The position numbers and the translations under genes are program-made. Source: a virus. Taken from it: DNA of 64,000 bases. Each line of letters opens with the position of its first letter. Position 1 is the stretch's first letter. The notes beneath the pieces were generated by a model that was not told where the DNA came from, made no database searches, and worked only from the letters and a program-made list of their open reading frames with translations. Below, in pieces: positions 26,242 through 37,590 of the stretch. The DNA lies in IMG/VR virus record IMGVR_UViG_3300033146_000658, positions 5,330 to 69,329 of that record, one strand, 5' to 3'.

Positions 26242-29200
26242 TATTTATTAAAAATGTCAACTTTTGATGGTAGAGCTTTCATATCTCCATACATCGCAAA
26301 TTGTTTGAATGGTGTGAGTCCTATGAACTCTTTCATCATTTTAGAATCTCCTTTCCTCCATCCTGATTGATATGTTTCATACCATCCGTCATCCTCCGTA
26401 GGGCCATGCAATGATCTTGCTATTAACTTACCTCCATTTTCTATCATTGTGGTAGATGTTAATGGCGATCTTAATATATTCATTGCCTCATTAGGGTCTC
26501 TGTAAAACAGCATTTCCGAATGTAATCTATTTATCATATATGTAATGGATGCTAAGAATTTATCATCCTCGTCATCATCATGCAGTCCAAGAAACAGCAC
26601 TCCTAAAAGGCCCGTCATAACCATCATTGTAGACTCTGCTATAGTTTGATGGATATTCTTTCGCTGACCATCAGTTAATTTAGACCAGTTCTCGCCAACC
26701 ATTAACGATTTATTCTTCTTGATTGATCTCGCTAATCCTGTAATGAATCTAGCGGTAGAGGAATATATACCTTCGTTAAATTCCGTCTTAGCTTCATTAT
26801 ATCCCTTTTTATGAATATCTAATTTATCATAATCAGTAAAAGCATAAGTCATTCCCTTTAGTCTTTTATGGACTGTTCTAGGTATCCATTTACGCATATT
26901 AAATGATAATCTGCCAAAAGCTGTCTTCTGTGCATGGGATACCATTTTATCATCATATTGACCACTAGCGTCAGCCATAACATCCCTTATATATAATCCG
27001 GTTCTGCCCCTATCATATGCTTTGTAAGGATTCTGGCTAGTTGTATAAAATTTTATAGAATAATCTATTTTGCCATCCTTAACTGTTATAGCGTCGTTTA
27101 ATGATGCTGCCTTAGATACTTCTTTTACAACTTTCCCATTTTTACCTAGATAATTTCCTTTATTATCCATTAATTTAATGGAGTTCAACATACCATACAT
27201 TAGTGTAGCTTCAATGTAGAATTCACCCATAGAGTGCATAAAGAACATGTGATCCTTATTAACTATCTTCTGAAATAAGTCTTTCCTGAATGTAGGGTTT
27301 GATATCATAGCAAATTCCCCTTGAATATTGAATTGTTTCAAAAGTATGCTAGTTCTTGATTTTGATATATTTGATCCAACATCATTCATCCAATTTCTAG
27401 AGTCTCCCCAGAAATCTTTTTCAGCAGCGTTAAGCGCTCCCTTTTCCATATGTCTACCAAATGAACCTTCTAGCATGTTATTAAATTTACCTTGCATTAA
27501 GTTCACTGATGCACCCATCCAGTTGCCTAGCAAGAATGTCTTTGATACATATCCGTTTATCATTTTAGACATCCTGTTAGGTCCGAATGCACCAGCGTCA
27601 ACAGTTGTGCTACGTCGCCCATAAAGCCTTGTTTCAATTACAGACTTTAATAACTTGTATTCATTAGAATCTCCACTAGACTTTCTAACAACCTCATTGG
27701 TTAAAGAATCTTTATCAAATTGCTTCTTTTTATCCATTCCTATAGTGTCTAATGGCCTAGATTCTTTGACTATATCTAAAAGCATCTCTAGCTCGTTCTG
27801 CATTCCTGAACGCATACCATATTCTATAGCTTTTTCATGATTCTTCTGTAATGATGTGGTTAGGTCAAATGATAATTCATCTATTGGTAATTCGTGTCTA
27901 TAATACATTGGGATTCTCTTATTAAGCTCCCCTTTAAGATTAAGCTTAACCATTCTAAGCTCATCCTCATTAGACATATCCTCAGCCTCTTTCTTTAATG
28001 ATTCATTTTCGGAAGACTCTAATTCAAGAATATCACCAGACCCTATTTTCTTAAAGTCCCATAAATCAGAAATCTTATCCTTCGCGTATCCTGTTAAATT
28101 TAATTCGTTCCTATATTCTCCACCTTCTTTTCTTACCTGAGGTATTGAATAGTAGTCTATTTTACCAAGCTTTTTATAAGTTCTACTTAATTTATTTTCA
28201 ACATGCGAATCACTTCTTTTGATCTGCGGATAGATGACATTTTCTAAGAAATCTTTATGTTTTGCGTATCCTTTATTCTCCCATTTTTTAATAGGTTTAC
28301 CATTTACTATATTTTTCTTAATAAATACATTTAATTCTTTTCTAGCTTTCTTGAAATCGTCATCATTTTTACTTTCATCAGCATGTATCTCCTGCATTAT
28401 GTTTTGCAATCTACGATATTCATGTAACAAACTCCCTTTATACTCACTAATAAATAATCCAGTAGGATTGCCATCTTTGTCAAGGTCAATTATCTCACCA
28501 TGCAACTGCTTGTAAGAGATTCCTTTTCTCTTTATATAATCAGCAACCTTCTTATCAAATGCTAATCCTTCAGTAATCATAACCTCTCTTGCAGCGTCCT
28601 CTCTATCAGATAAAAACGCATTAACAGTCTGAACTAATACAGATCTCGTCATTGACGCGTCAGACACTAAGGCGTCCATCCATGTTATGTCATAACTACC
28701 GTTTTTAATGTAGTCCATCCACATCTTTTTGTCTTTCTCAAATACAGCATCTTTTGATTTAGATAAATTCTCAAATACATAGTTATCTCTAGCCAAAGTC
28801 CATACTGAAGAATTTACTAGCTTCCCATCTAACTTAAACATATTTCTAGCTAACTCGTTGACGGGAGGATTTTCATCTTCAAATTTTCGCTCTAAACGCT
28901 CCTTCATATCTATGGCTCCAGAATTACCTAACGTAGCTAATATAAACCCCCATTTAGATGTAGCGTCATCCTTTAATGACGTATACCTAGATGCTGCCTT
29001 ATTTTTAATTTTTGCAGCAGATGCTGACATTTTGAAAATAACATCATAATCCTTATCGGCTTTATCCATCCCGGTAAGCATTTCATTAAGGACATTATTG
29101 ACGTCACTTAATATGCTAAGCTTCTCGTAACGGACTTGTAGCTCACGTATCTCATTAGCGGAGGTCCCTAGGGAATTCTCATGTATATTATCGTATTTAA

Positions 29201-31418
29201 GCTGTAGTTCAGATAACTCTATTTCCGAAATCCTTATAAATTCATTAAGTCCTTCAAGGTCATCTAACTTACCAAGTCTCTCTATCGTGGATATAACGTT
29301 ATCCTTGTAAGGCCTATTTATAAGCCCATTGTTTGAATTTAACAAACCATTGAGCATATTCTTTATTTTCTTAGATACTGACTCTACAGTTTCTTTTAAT
29401 TCATTTGATTCAGATACAGATAAGCTGATATTCCCAGTTTGCTGACCTAGTTCGCTATATATAGGAGTCCATAAAGATTTATTCCTACTAATCTTATCAA
29501 CATTATCTATTGTTGGCTCTATGGATGATAATAATCCTTTACTTTCTGAATTTTCAAAATCTATATCAATTGGCAATGTTAATATAGTTGCATCACCATT
29601 AAATTCCAGTCCGGGATACAACTTCTCAATAAGATTAGCATACGCCGCAAGCTGTTTGGCATATTTCCTTTTCCTATGTATATCAGTTACTGGATTCTTT
29701 TCATTTCTTGTCTTGAAATCATAAACAGCAAATTCGCCAGTTGATTGTTTTACAAATATTAAATCAACACTTCCCGCGATCTTTTTTGATTTATCAAATA
29801 ATCTAGCCTCAGATACTGGTTTATATCCCTTTTCCGCATACTCATCAACTAAGTCATGGACAAAATCATATATAGGTTGTAACTTTTTATCTTCAGCTAC
29901 CCATTTATTGGCGTCTATCGCAGTTTCTAATAAATCATGAACGTAAGTTCCGTAATCTGCCTGAATATCATATCCCATAGCCGTGCTTATAGCTAATTTC
30001 CCAACATCCTCTAATAATTCTTTATTATCAAATAATTCATTAATTGAGTATACACTTTTGTCAGACATGGCGTTTTTAACAGCCAATGGTAGATTATTCA
30101 TATTGTCCTTATAAAACTCTACTCCAGGGATTACATATTCACCATTAGAGTCTATTGGCATTTCAGCAAACTCATCGCTACTTATCATTTCAGTAACAGA
30201 TCTTGATGCAATTACATCACCAAGTTTATATTTGTGACTTTTTTTATCAAATTCAACATGAGATCCGCTATTTTTCACCTTAGTTCCTTTCAAGCTTTTG
30301 AAATGGTCACTTGGAGGTGACTTGTCGTATTGAATGTATGTTGGAATGAATGATGATTCATTAGTTAATGACTTTCTGTTAATTCCTTCCTCAGCAAGCT
30401 GTTTAGCTATGTTATTTGATGTTTTAAATAATTTTGATATCTGAGCATATAACCATTTTTTAAACCTGTTAAAAGAGTCTATTTGTGGCTTATTATTAAA
30501 TAGAGCAGTAGCTTCTTTACCGACAGATTCTGCAACTATCTCCAATTTAGCTTGCTCTTCTTCCATTTCTGGATTATTTTCCAATATCTCTTTAAACCTA
30601 TCCGTCTTAGATAAGTCATTTGCTAGTTTAGCTACTCTAGGATTATTTAATCCACCTATAGAATTAATGTATATATGACCAATAGCTTCGTGAAAAACAG
30701 TATCCTCACGCACCTTTTTTTTACTTAGGGTGACATATGGATTGTTATTACCATCATAATTAACACTACCATGGAAATCCTCATCTTCTGTTAAGTTTAC
30801 TTTTATACCTAACTTATCTTGAATATATTTAATTTGTTCACGAATCTGCTCATCCTCAATAGCTTTAAGTTCATCTTCCGCTAATTCCATAGGAGTATAA
30901 CCATAATTATCCTCCTTCACTGTTTTGTTGAAATTATGTTTATGGATCGATGCAGCTACGGATCGCCTATGTCCAGTAGATGAATTAACTGATGCTACTG
31001 ATGCAGCTTCAGATATACTAACTTTAGGATCAAGTAACTCAGACTCCTTCTCTTCTGCCAGTCTATTATTAATACTTTTTAATAATGGTAATGATTTAGA
31101 ATTTAAACTCATCATGCTATAAATTACAGCATCTGATGTTTTGTCATAATTATCATTTACAGAATTAACAGTATATGTATTATCTTTATTTTGGGTCACA
31201 TCAATATTTAATGATGTATCAAAATTAGAATTAAAGTCATAGATCTTACTCATACTCTTGGTAAAGTCTAATTCATTTAATACATCGCCAGCTTTAACTC
31301 CAGTTATGCTAGATACAGTGAATGCATCTGTTTTAGAACTTATATCTAAAGCTTTAGCAAACCCAACTTTATCTGCTATATATTCAGCAGGAGTCCCTTT
31401 AATTTTACATTTTCCCAT
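26241..31418 (-). CDS. giant virion cargo protein with zincin-like and PD-(D/E)XK nuclease domains
   Basis: 1725 aa; VFHEAIGH metallopeptidase-like motif; IAGSVDLIF...YDFKT...KQLAAY nuclease motifs; last gene of the RNAP cluster. Confidence 0.7.
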   Translation of the reverse strand: MGKCKIKGTPAEYIADKVGFAKALDISSKTDAFTVSSITGVKAGDVLNELDFTKSMSKIYDFNSNFDTSLNIDVTQNKDNTYTVNSVNDNYDKTSDAVIYSMMSLNSKSLPLLKSINNRLAEEKESELLDPKVSISEAASVASVNSSTGHRRSVAASIHKHNFNKTVKEDNYGYTPMELAEDELKAIEDEQIREQIKYIQDKLGIKVNLTEDEDFHGSVNYDGNNNPYVTLSKKKVREDTVFHEAIGHIYINSIGGLNNPRVAKLANDLSKTDRFKEILENNPEMEEEQAKLEIVAESVGKEATALFNNKPQIDSFNRFKKWLYAQISKLFKTSNNIAKQLAEEGINRKSLTNESSFIPTYIQYDKSPPSDHFKSLKGTKVKNSGSHVEFDKKSHKYKLGDVIASRSVTEMISSDEFAEMPIDSNGEYVIPGVEFYKDNMNNLPLAVKNAMSDKSVYSINELFDNKELLEDVGKLAISTAMGYDIQADYGTYVHDLLETAIDANKWVAEDKKLQPIYDFVHDLVDEYAEKGYKPVSEARLFDKSKKIAGSVDLIFVKQSTGEFAVYDFKTRNEKNPVTDIHRKRKYAKQLAAYANLIEKLYPGLEFNGDATILTLPIDIDFENSESKGLLSSIEPTIDNVDKISRNKSLWTPIYSELGQQTGNISLSVSESNELKETVESVSKKIKNMLNGLLNSNNGLINRPYKDNVISTIERLGKLDDLEGLNEFIRISEIELSELQLKYDNIHENSLGTSANEIRELQVRYEKLSILSDVNNVLNEMLTGMDKADKDYDVIFKMSASAAKIKNKAASRYTSLKDDATSKWGFILATLGNSGAIDMKERLERKFEDENPPVNELARNMFKLDGKLVNSSVWTLARDNYVFENLSKSKDAVFEKDKKMWMDYIKNGSYDITWMDALVSDASMTRSVLVQTVNAFLSDREDAAREVMITEGLAFDKKVADYIKRKGISYKQLHGEIIDLDKDGNPTGLFISEYKGSLLHEYRRLQNIMQEIHADESKNDDDFKKARKELNVFIKKNIVNGKPIKKWENKGYAKHKDFLENVIYPQIKRSDSHVENKLSRTYKKLGKIDYYSIPQVRKEGGEYRNELNLTGYAKDKISDLWDFKKIGSGDILELESSENESLKKEAEDMSNEDELRMVKLNLKGELNKRIPMYYRHELPIDELSFDLTTSLQKNHEKAIEYGMRSGMQNELEMLLDIVKESRPLDTIGMDKKKQFDKDSLTNEVVRKSSGDSNEYKLLKSVIETRLYGRRSTTVDAGAFGPNRMSKMINGYVSKTFLLGNWMGASVNLMQGKFNNMLEGSFGRHMEKGALNAAEKDFWGDSRNWMNDVGSNISKSRTSILLKQFNIQGEFAMISNPTFRKDLFQKIVNKDHMFFMHSMGEFYIEATLMYGMLNSIKLMDNKGNYLGKNGKVVKEVSKAASLNDAITVKDGKIDYSIKFYTTSQNPYKAYDRGRTGLYIRDVMADASGQYDDKMVSHAQKTAFGRLSFNMRKWIPRTVHKRLKGMTYAFTDYDKLDIHKKGYNEAKTEFNEGIYSSTARFITGLARSIKKNKSLMVGENWSKLTDGQRKNIHQTIAESTMMVMTGLLGVLFLGLHDDDEDDKFLASITYMINRLHSEMLFYRDPNEAMNILRSPLTSTTMIENGGKLIARSLHGPTEDDGWYETYQSGWRKGDSKMMKEFIGLTPFKQFAMYGDMKALPSKVDIFNK

Positions 31419-31419
31419 A

Positions 31420-34035
31420 TTAACATTCTATTTTAGATACTGATTCATCTATTTCGCCGGTCTGATCCCTGACCACATTTTTTCCGTAAGCGAATGACGC
31501 AACAAAATAATTATACTGTTCCTTGGTGTATCCCTCCTTGCCATTAAATTTCATTTTATTACTATCTATTCTCGTCATTGGCATATAGTTATTAGGACTT
31601 ATATTGTATTCAAATATATTCCTTCCTTTCCCAGAGGTATACCCAATATTATCAACAAGAGCATATATTCCTTGCTTATATTCGCTACCATTAATATCTT
31701 CACCAACAGTAACCATTTTCATTTTCTTATAAATATCAAACATGCCCCTTTTCTTATTCCATATTTTGATAAAATTAGAATCCCTAGTAGCCTTACTAGA
31801 GAATAGCATTACATGTTTATTTTTATTCATTTTACTTAGCACTTTAAACATATCAGATATATCTTTATCTGAAGCTGTTTTTTTACCAATCATACTTTTT
31901 GAAATCATCAACTTTGTTTCGTCAGATAATTTATCATCTATCGGAAGATATCCATATTTTTTACCAGTGGCATATCCCCATGAAACTTTATCTATAAACT
32001 TATTTGGAGAATTCATTATTATAGTATCAACCAGGAGACTCCTATTAATCCTGTCACTATAAAGTATATTGTTTATCCTATTGGTCTGTAGTGATGTCAT
32101 TCGTAGTATATCCGCTGATTGAACATCGTTATAACCACCTCTTACTGAATTACCTCCAGACATAACAAATAACGACTGTGTTAAATCTAAAGCAAATTGC
32201 CGAGTATCTTCATTTGCATACAACTCATCAAATTCAGCAGTCATTCTATTCTTCTCTGCTATATCTAATCCTGATGCGGTAGAATATACATATCCAAAAT
32301 TCTTATCCGATACATCAACTCTTAATGACTGTATAAAACTATTATCCTCATACTCTTCACTACTCTGTAATCCTATTAACTTTTTCCCTAAATATCTATC
32401 ATTTGTTTTTTCAAACAAATCCATATAATTCTTATTTCTGTAAATATCTATAGTATTAGCATACATTAATGAGAATAAATTTCTCTCAGCAACCTCAGCC
32501 TTCTTAACATCAGTCTCCTCAAAATATTCATCACTACGACGCTTCCCTATAATATCATACATTAAGTCCTGGAATTGACCATCAAATGCTGGCGTAGTTC
32601 CGCTCATTAGTGATGGAGCTATATATAAGCTATTTTTTATAGCTGTAGCCAATGGAGTATTTCCGTATTTAGATGAACTCATTCTATTAGCAGTCTTTTT
32701 CGACTCGTAAGATTCTGCAACATTAAGCTTATGCATTTTCTGCATGTATGTGGCAGGGCCGGTGCCTATACCCTCCGTAAGAACACTATTTACATCCATT
32801 ATTTTCTTAAGTCCCTTTGATCTATTTTTAAAGACCATATATGAAGCTATAAAAACTAATGCAGAATATGACTCCTCATTAAATAATTCCTCTACAGTAG
32901 CAGATTCTTTACCAGATGATTTAGATATTTCTTCAATATTTTCAGATATATTTATTGGAACAAATTCATCATTCTTTGATAGCTTTCTGGCTTCTTCAAT
33001 AACACCAGCCCCATATCTTTTTTCAAACTTCGACTCCAGCTCTTTAATCCTATCTTCATTATACAGGTCAGCACTTATGCTTTCTTCGTCTAATTTAGCA
33101 ATAGCATTAATTACAGGATGCATCATATATGCTATAACAACCTCTTTTTGCATACCTTCTCTTAATAAGGACACTGCAGTTCTGAATGTAGATGCATTTA
33201 AGTTAGCTTTAGATATATAGTCATCCTTAGCGATATCTACGTAAGCGGTAAGTAATGCAGACATAGTTATGCTTAACTTAGTCCCCTTCCCTCTGGAATC
33301 AGCCATCTCTTGTAGCGTCTTCTTTACGAATTTAATACCAAGTAACTCATTATTAGCATCGTTACTATCCCTGCGATCTAAAGTCTCTCCGTCTGGGTAT
33401 TTGTATAATATATTATGTGTTGCAGTTTCTCTCTGAACCCCCCATTCGGAACTACTCTTCATTGAAGCTAACATAGCCATAGCTACATCGGCTGTATGAT
33501 TCGCTGACTGAGCAACTCCAGTCTTGCCCATTGAATAGTTTTCTTTAATCTCGAATTGAGTGCTTCCAGAAAAGAAATCAAATGGGTTTGAATTATTTTC
33601 ATTTTCCGAATTATTCGTGTCGTAAAGATCATTTATTATATTAGGAAGAAAGTCTGAATCTAACGGCCCCATAACGCTAGAGTAAGACATTTTATCTCTT
33701 AATAAAGCGTCATACAAATGCATTATACCGTTATTTATGGCTTGCTCACTTCTTTTGGTATTTATTTTAATTGGTCTGAAATCATTATTCGCGCCAATCA
33801 TTTTACCAGTCTCCGTTATATTAAATAACGATTTCTCTAATGAATCAGCGTAATCACTAGCTAATCCAGTCTCTAATAAATTATCCAAATACTCATCAGA
33901 AAATATAGTTCCGTCGTCATTGAGTGATGATTCATCAGCATATAAAGAGTATACAAATTTCTCATCATTATATATATCCATAAGAACTGTCATTTCAGCT
34001 CTTACTTTTGCATTACCTACCTTAGGACATCCCAT
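31420..34035 (-). CDS. virion RNA polymerase C-terminal part (putative)
   Basis: GKTGVAQSANH and SALLTAYVDIAKDDYISKANLN resemble segments that I recall following the DxDxD motif in crAss-like virion RNAPs. Confidence 0.6.
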   Translation of the reverse strand: MGCPKVGNAKVRAEMTVLMDIYNDEKFVYSLYADESSLNDDGTIFSDEYLDNLLETGLASDYADSLEKSLFNITETGKMIGANNDFRPIKINTKRSEQAINNGIMHLYDALLRDKMSYSSVMGPLDSDFLPNIINDLYDTNNSENENNSNPFDFFSGSTQFEIKENYSMGKTGVAQSANHTADVAMAMLASMKSSSEWGVQRETATHNILYKYPDGETLDRRDSNDANNELLGIKFVKKTLQEMADSRGKGTKLSITMSALLTAYVDIAKDDYISKANLNASTFRTAVSLLREGMQKEVVIAYMMHPVINAIAKLDEESISADLYNEDRIKELESKFEKRYGAGVIEEARKLSKNDEFVPINISENIEEISKSSGKESATVEELFNEESYSALVFIASYMVFKNRSKGLKKIMDVNSVLTEGIGTGPATYMQKMHKLNVAESYESKKTANRMSSSKYGNTPLATAIKNSLYIAPSLMSGTTPAFDGQFQDLMYDIIGKRRSDEYFEETDVKKAEVAERNLFSLMYANTIDIYRNKNYMDLFEKTNDRYLGKKLIGLQSSEEYEDNSFIQSLRVDVSDKNFGYVYSTASGLDIAEKNRMTAEFDELYANEDTRQFALDLTQSLFVMSGGNSVRGGYNDVQSADILRMTSLQTNRINNILYSDRINRSLLVDTIIMNSPNKFIDKVSWGYATGKKYGYLPIDDKLSDETKLMISKSMIGKKTASDKDISDMFKVLSKMNKNKHVMLFSSKATRDSNFIKIWNKKRGMFDIYKKMKMVTVGEDINGSEYKQGIYALVDNIGYTSGKGRNIFEYNISPNNYMPMTRIDSNKMKFNGKEGYTKEQYNYFVASFAYGKNVVRDQTGEIDESVSKIEC

Positions 34036-34054
34036 GCTTATTTATTTAAATATT

Positions 34055-34084
34055 AAAAGACTAAGAGAATATTCCCTTAGCCTT
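34055..34084 (-). terminator. hairpin / intrinsic terminator after the 1161-aa ORF
   Basis: Minus strand GGCTAAGGGAA-TA-TTCTCTTAGTC followed by TTTT. Confidence 0.6.
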
Positions 34085-34097
34085 AACTGTTCTTAAT

Positions 34098-34109
34098 TTA
34101 TATGTTACT
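34098..34109 (-). promoter_or_regulatory. putative phage late promoter motif AGTAACATATAA
   Basis: Exact 12-mer also at 52177-52188 and 60540-60551, each upstream of a - strand gene. Confidence 0.5.
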
Positions 34110-37100
34110 TCGTAGGATAACTGTAGATTAAATTATAGCCACTTCCTCTTTTGTTTTTTAAATCTCCGCTTGAATATTTTCTAAAATCACTATCTGTTAA
34201 TCCTTTTTTATTCTCAACCATATGATTGTATCTTCCATTATCAATTATAAGGAATGATGCATTAGGGTTGGATTCTTTAAATTCCTCAGCTTTCTTTTTA
34301 AGGTTATTTTTTGAAAATCCATATAATAACTTTTGTGCTCCAGTTGATTTATCATATAGTATAACTTTCCCGTTGACTGCATTATCATACATTTTATTAA
34401 AATTACCATCAAGAAACGCATCATTTCCAGGTTTTTTTATACCAGCCCCTTTGTATATTTTATTTTTGATAGACGCAATAGCTCTTGAGTATGATACGGT
34501 GTTGCGTGAAGCAGATCCTATACTTTTATTATATTCATCAACTTCTATAGCAATTTGCATTTCAGCACCAGCTAGTTTAGACTTATACCCTGGCATTGAT
34601 GTATTTTTATCATATTCTGTATTGTATTTACCACCCCACCTAACAGGAACAATTACTTGATCGTCATTAAATTCATTCACTAGCCCTATTTTTAAAGCCC
34701 CATCTACTACACTATAAAACTCTTGACCATCATCCATTTTAACAGTTCTTCCTCTACTGCCGTATCTTTCAGTTTCATATTTTTTGAACTCTAATGCGGT
34801 TTTTGCAGATTCGTTACTTTCTATAAATTCACCACCTATTATAAGATTACCATTAGATGCTTCACCAGTTCTAGCAGCAGACATTGATCCTTTTGTTAAA
34901 TCTATTTCTAAATTTTTAGTAGAATTTACTCCTGTTGGCCTTATTACATTTTTTCCAGATACGCCCCCAGTAGCTTTCGCTCTTGACGCGGACACGACTC
35001 CGCCACCAATATTCTCATCACTTAATTTACGCGTCCCTTTAATTGTTCTTTTCATGGATGTTGAATACTTTCTAGTATTTCCGTGCATATCAGTCCATAT
35101 AAATTCTTCATTATCACCAAGGTCTTTTCTAGCTAAATCCCTAGCACCATCTATAGTGTTGCTTTTACTGGTATAGCTGTCAACATTTATATTTGATGGA
35201 TTAATTGAACCCCAATCACCATCTTTCTGGAAATCATCTCTTTTTACAATTGGTTCAGATTTATTTTGATTACTATTGGTAATATTAACATTATTATTAG
35301 ATGATTCAGTAATAGGATCAGGTTCTTGCTCGTAAATTTTATCATCCCATGATATTACACCCATATTATTTGCTGCCGAATAGCCCTTATACTCATCCCC
35401 GTTGGCGGCAGCCTGCTTAACATAAGCATCATTCATACCCTCAATGGTTTTGTATTTCTTTAATGTTGCTGATACGTTATCTATATTTTGATTGTAACCC
35501 TGAGTGGCCAATTGCCAAACCTCTTGATTTGTTAAATTAATATCAGAATTATCTCTTACGATTTCCGATATCATTTTGTAATTTCTAGTAAGCTTTATAG
35601 CTGCGGCTTTCATTCCGGTCTTTAATCCAGCCTGCCCTTTAGCTAATAACGTCTCATTGTTTATATTTAAATTCTTTCTTGTATTTTCTGATAAATTAGT
35701 TTCGTCTTTGAATTGCATAACACCTTTAGAATATTCTTCACCAGACATAGCTTCTATAATATCGCGATAGACTGAATTATTGCCTTTCCCTCCCTCTAGC
35801 TTAGCTTTACCTAACGATGACTCAGAATGACCTATTAAGGTCATAGCCCTGCTCATGTTTTTGATATTTTCAATACTCATACCAGAAGCCCCACCTATTT
35901 GACTAGCGTAATCAAGGGCTGTCTCATAATATAAATTAGACTCTTTAGATCCTATTGAAGTTGTTCTATTAACGCCTTTTAAGTCTTTTATTGATCCATC
36001 AGTATACGAATGACTACTTGTTACATTATCAAATTCATTATAAGCTTTTGCTGCTATAATACGCATGCCGCCATTAGACGATCCTTTAATAGCATCCTGC
36101 AATGGAGTCAATATTGTATTCCCATTTATTTCATGATTAACAAATTTCTTTCCATTTATTATTTCAATAAATCCAGCATGAGTTCCAATTGTTGAATTGC
36201 CTTCCTTGTAAGCTTTTTCATGACTGGCACTTCCTGGGTAATACATATTAACAATTGATAATGCTGGTAGATTAGTTAATTTAGCTTGATCTTCTGGCGT
36301 TTGTTTTTTAAATGCGGCACTTATTCCATCCTTAATACTTTTTTTATCACCATTAAAATCAGGTCGCTTCCAATCAAATAAATTATATGAATTTGAATAT
36401 AGCTCATTACCTGCCTTATTTTTACCTGTGTATTTAAAATAAGTCCATGCATCACCCGTGAAACTAGGTATACCATATTTCTCTGTTAAATTCTTAGTAA
36501 CATGACCAGCACACTCACCTTTTTTACCAGTGCATTCCTTATTATTGTATTTATATTCTTTAGTAGGATCACTTGTTATTTCTATAGATCCATTTTTTGT
36601 ATATTTGAAATCATCTATATCATCATAATCGTATATGTCAATACCTTGAATAGCTTCTTCTGGATCTTTTATATCTGTCTGAATCTGTCCAAATAAACGG
36701 CTATTTTTACTTTCTTCAGAATAGAACTCCTCTCTACCTTTTCTATTCATCTCATTATTCTTCTTGTTGCTAATCAATGATAAATTAGCATTTTTCGCAG
36801 ATATAGCCTTCTTGGTTCTTTTCCCAATTATTCCGTCAGATTCTTTTTTAATTAAATTCTCATTATAATTAGCGACGGCATTTCTTGTAATAGGGCCAAT
36901 ATCACCATCTAGATCAGACCCTTTTAGTCCAACTTTTTTTTGAACTTTAATAATTTCTGAACTAGATAAGTTATCTATATTTTTAATAATAGAGTCTTCA
37001 TAGAATCCGCCATTAAGTAATTCCATCTGCTTTTGTTTAATATTGTCATTTTTGCCTATAGTATATTTGTCGTAATTATCATTAACTAATGCTTCTTTAA

Positions 37101-37590
37101 ATTTCGCATTTTGATTTTTTGTATTAAATTCGTTCAATTTTTTACGAAAAGAATTTCTGGAATTTGTTTTATTAATAGCTTTGTTCTTATCTGTATTAGC
37201 AGCATAATCAGGAATCACGGTAGTATTCTCGCCTAACATATCTTTCGTGAAGCTAAAATCATTTTCCTTAGCTTTCATTCTATCATAAGACTTCATTACA
37301 TCATGTAAAGAATTCTCAATATTAACTTCATTATATGATTTCTGATTATTACCTAACAATTTAGCTGCCTCTATAGTTGGCCCTACATTATCATTAACAA
37401 TCAAACTGCCATCCTCAGCATAATCAGCCATATAAGGTAGGATAGAGGCGATATTGTCTATCGCCCCATTATTACCATCATTTATATGTTTTAATGCCTC
37501 AGAACGTCTGTTTTTAGGTATAATGATTGTATCTCCATAATTATTAGTCATTACGAGCTCATTACCTTCCGCTTCTATGTGTTTATTCAT
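34105..37590 (-). CDS. virion-associated multidomain peptidoglycan hydrolase (PG-binding, CHAP/NlpC-like, lysozyme-like)
   Basis: DGDIGPITRNA and DGIIGKRTKKA PG-binding repeats; ECAGHV...GDAW...THAG Cys-His pattern; ESS...GVMQF...YN lysozyme/SLT-like pattern. Confidence 0.6.
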   Translation of the reverse strand: MNKHIEAEGNELVMTNNYGDTIIIPKNRRSEALKHINDGNNGAIDNIASILPYMADYAEDGSLIVNDNVGPTIEAAKLLGNNQKSYNEVNIENSLHDVMKSYDRMKAKENDFSFTKDMLGENTTVIPDYAANTDKNKAINKTNSRNSFRKKLNEFNTKNQNAKFKEALVNDNYDKYTIGKNDNIKQKQMELLNGGFYEDSIIKNIDNLSSSEIIKVQKKVGLKGSDLDGDIGPITRNAVANYNENLIKKESDGIIGKRTKKAISAKNANLSLISNKKNNEMNRKGREEFYSEESKNSRLFGQIQTDIKDPEEAIQGIDIYDYDDIDDFKYTKNGSIEITSDPTKEYKYNNKECTGKKGECAGHVTKNLTEKYGIPSFTGDAWTYFKYTGKNKAGNELYSNSYNLFDWKRPDFNGDKKSIKDGISAAFKKQTPEDQAKLTNLPALSIVNMYYPGSASHEKAYKEGNSTIGTHAGFIEIINGKKFVNHEINGNTILTPLQDAIKGSSNGGMRIIAAKAYNEFDNVTSSHSYTDGSIKDLKGVNRTTSIGSKESNLYYETALDYASQIGGASGMSIENIKNMSRAMTLIGHSESSLGKAKLEGGKGNNSVYRDIIEAMSGEEYSKGVMQFKDETNLSENTRKNLNINNETLLAKGQAGLKTGMKAAAIKLTRNYKMISEIVRDNSDINLTNQEVWQLATQGYNQNIDNVSATLKKYKTIEGMNDAYVKQAAANGDEYKGYSAANNMGVISWDDKIYEQEPDPITESSNNNVNITNSNQNKSEPIVKRDDFQKDGDWGSINPSNINVDSYTSKSNTIDGARDLARKDLGDNEEFIWTDMHGNTRKYSTSMKRTIKGTRKLSDENIGGGVVSASRAKATGGVSGKNVIRPTGVNSTKNLEIDLTKGSMSAARTGEASNGNLIIGGEFIESNESAKTALEFKKYETERYGSRGRTVKMDDGQEFYSVVDGALKIGLVNEFNDDQVIVPVRWGGKYNTEYDKNTSMPGYKSKLAGAEMQIAIEVDEYNKSIGSASRNTVSYSRAIASIKNKIYKGAGIKKPGNDAFLDGNFNKMYDNAVNGKVILYDKSTGAQKLLYGFSKNNLKKKAEEFKESNPNASFLIIDNGRYNHMVENKKGLTDSDFRKYSSGDLKNKRGSGYNLIYSYPTK

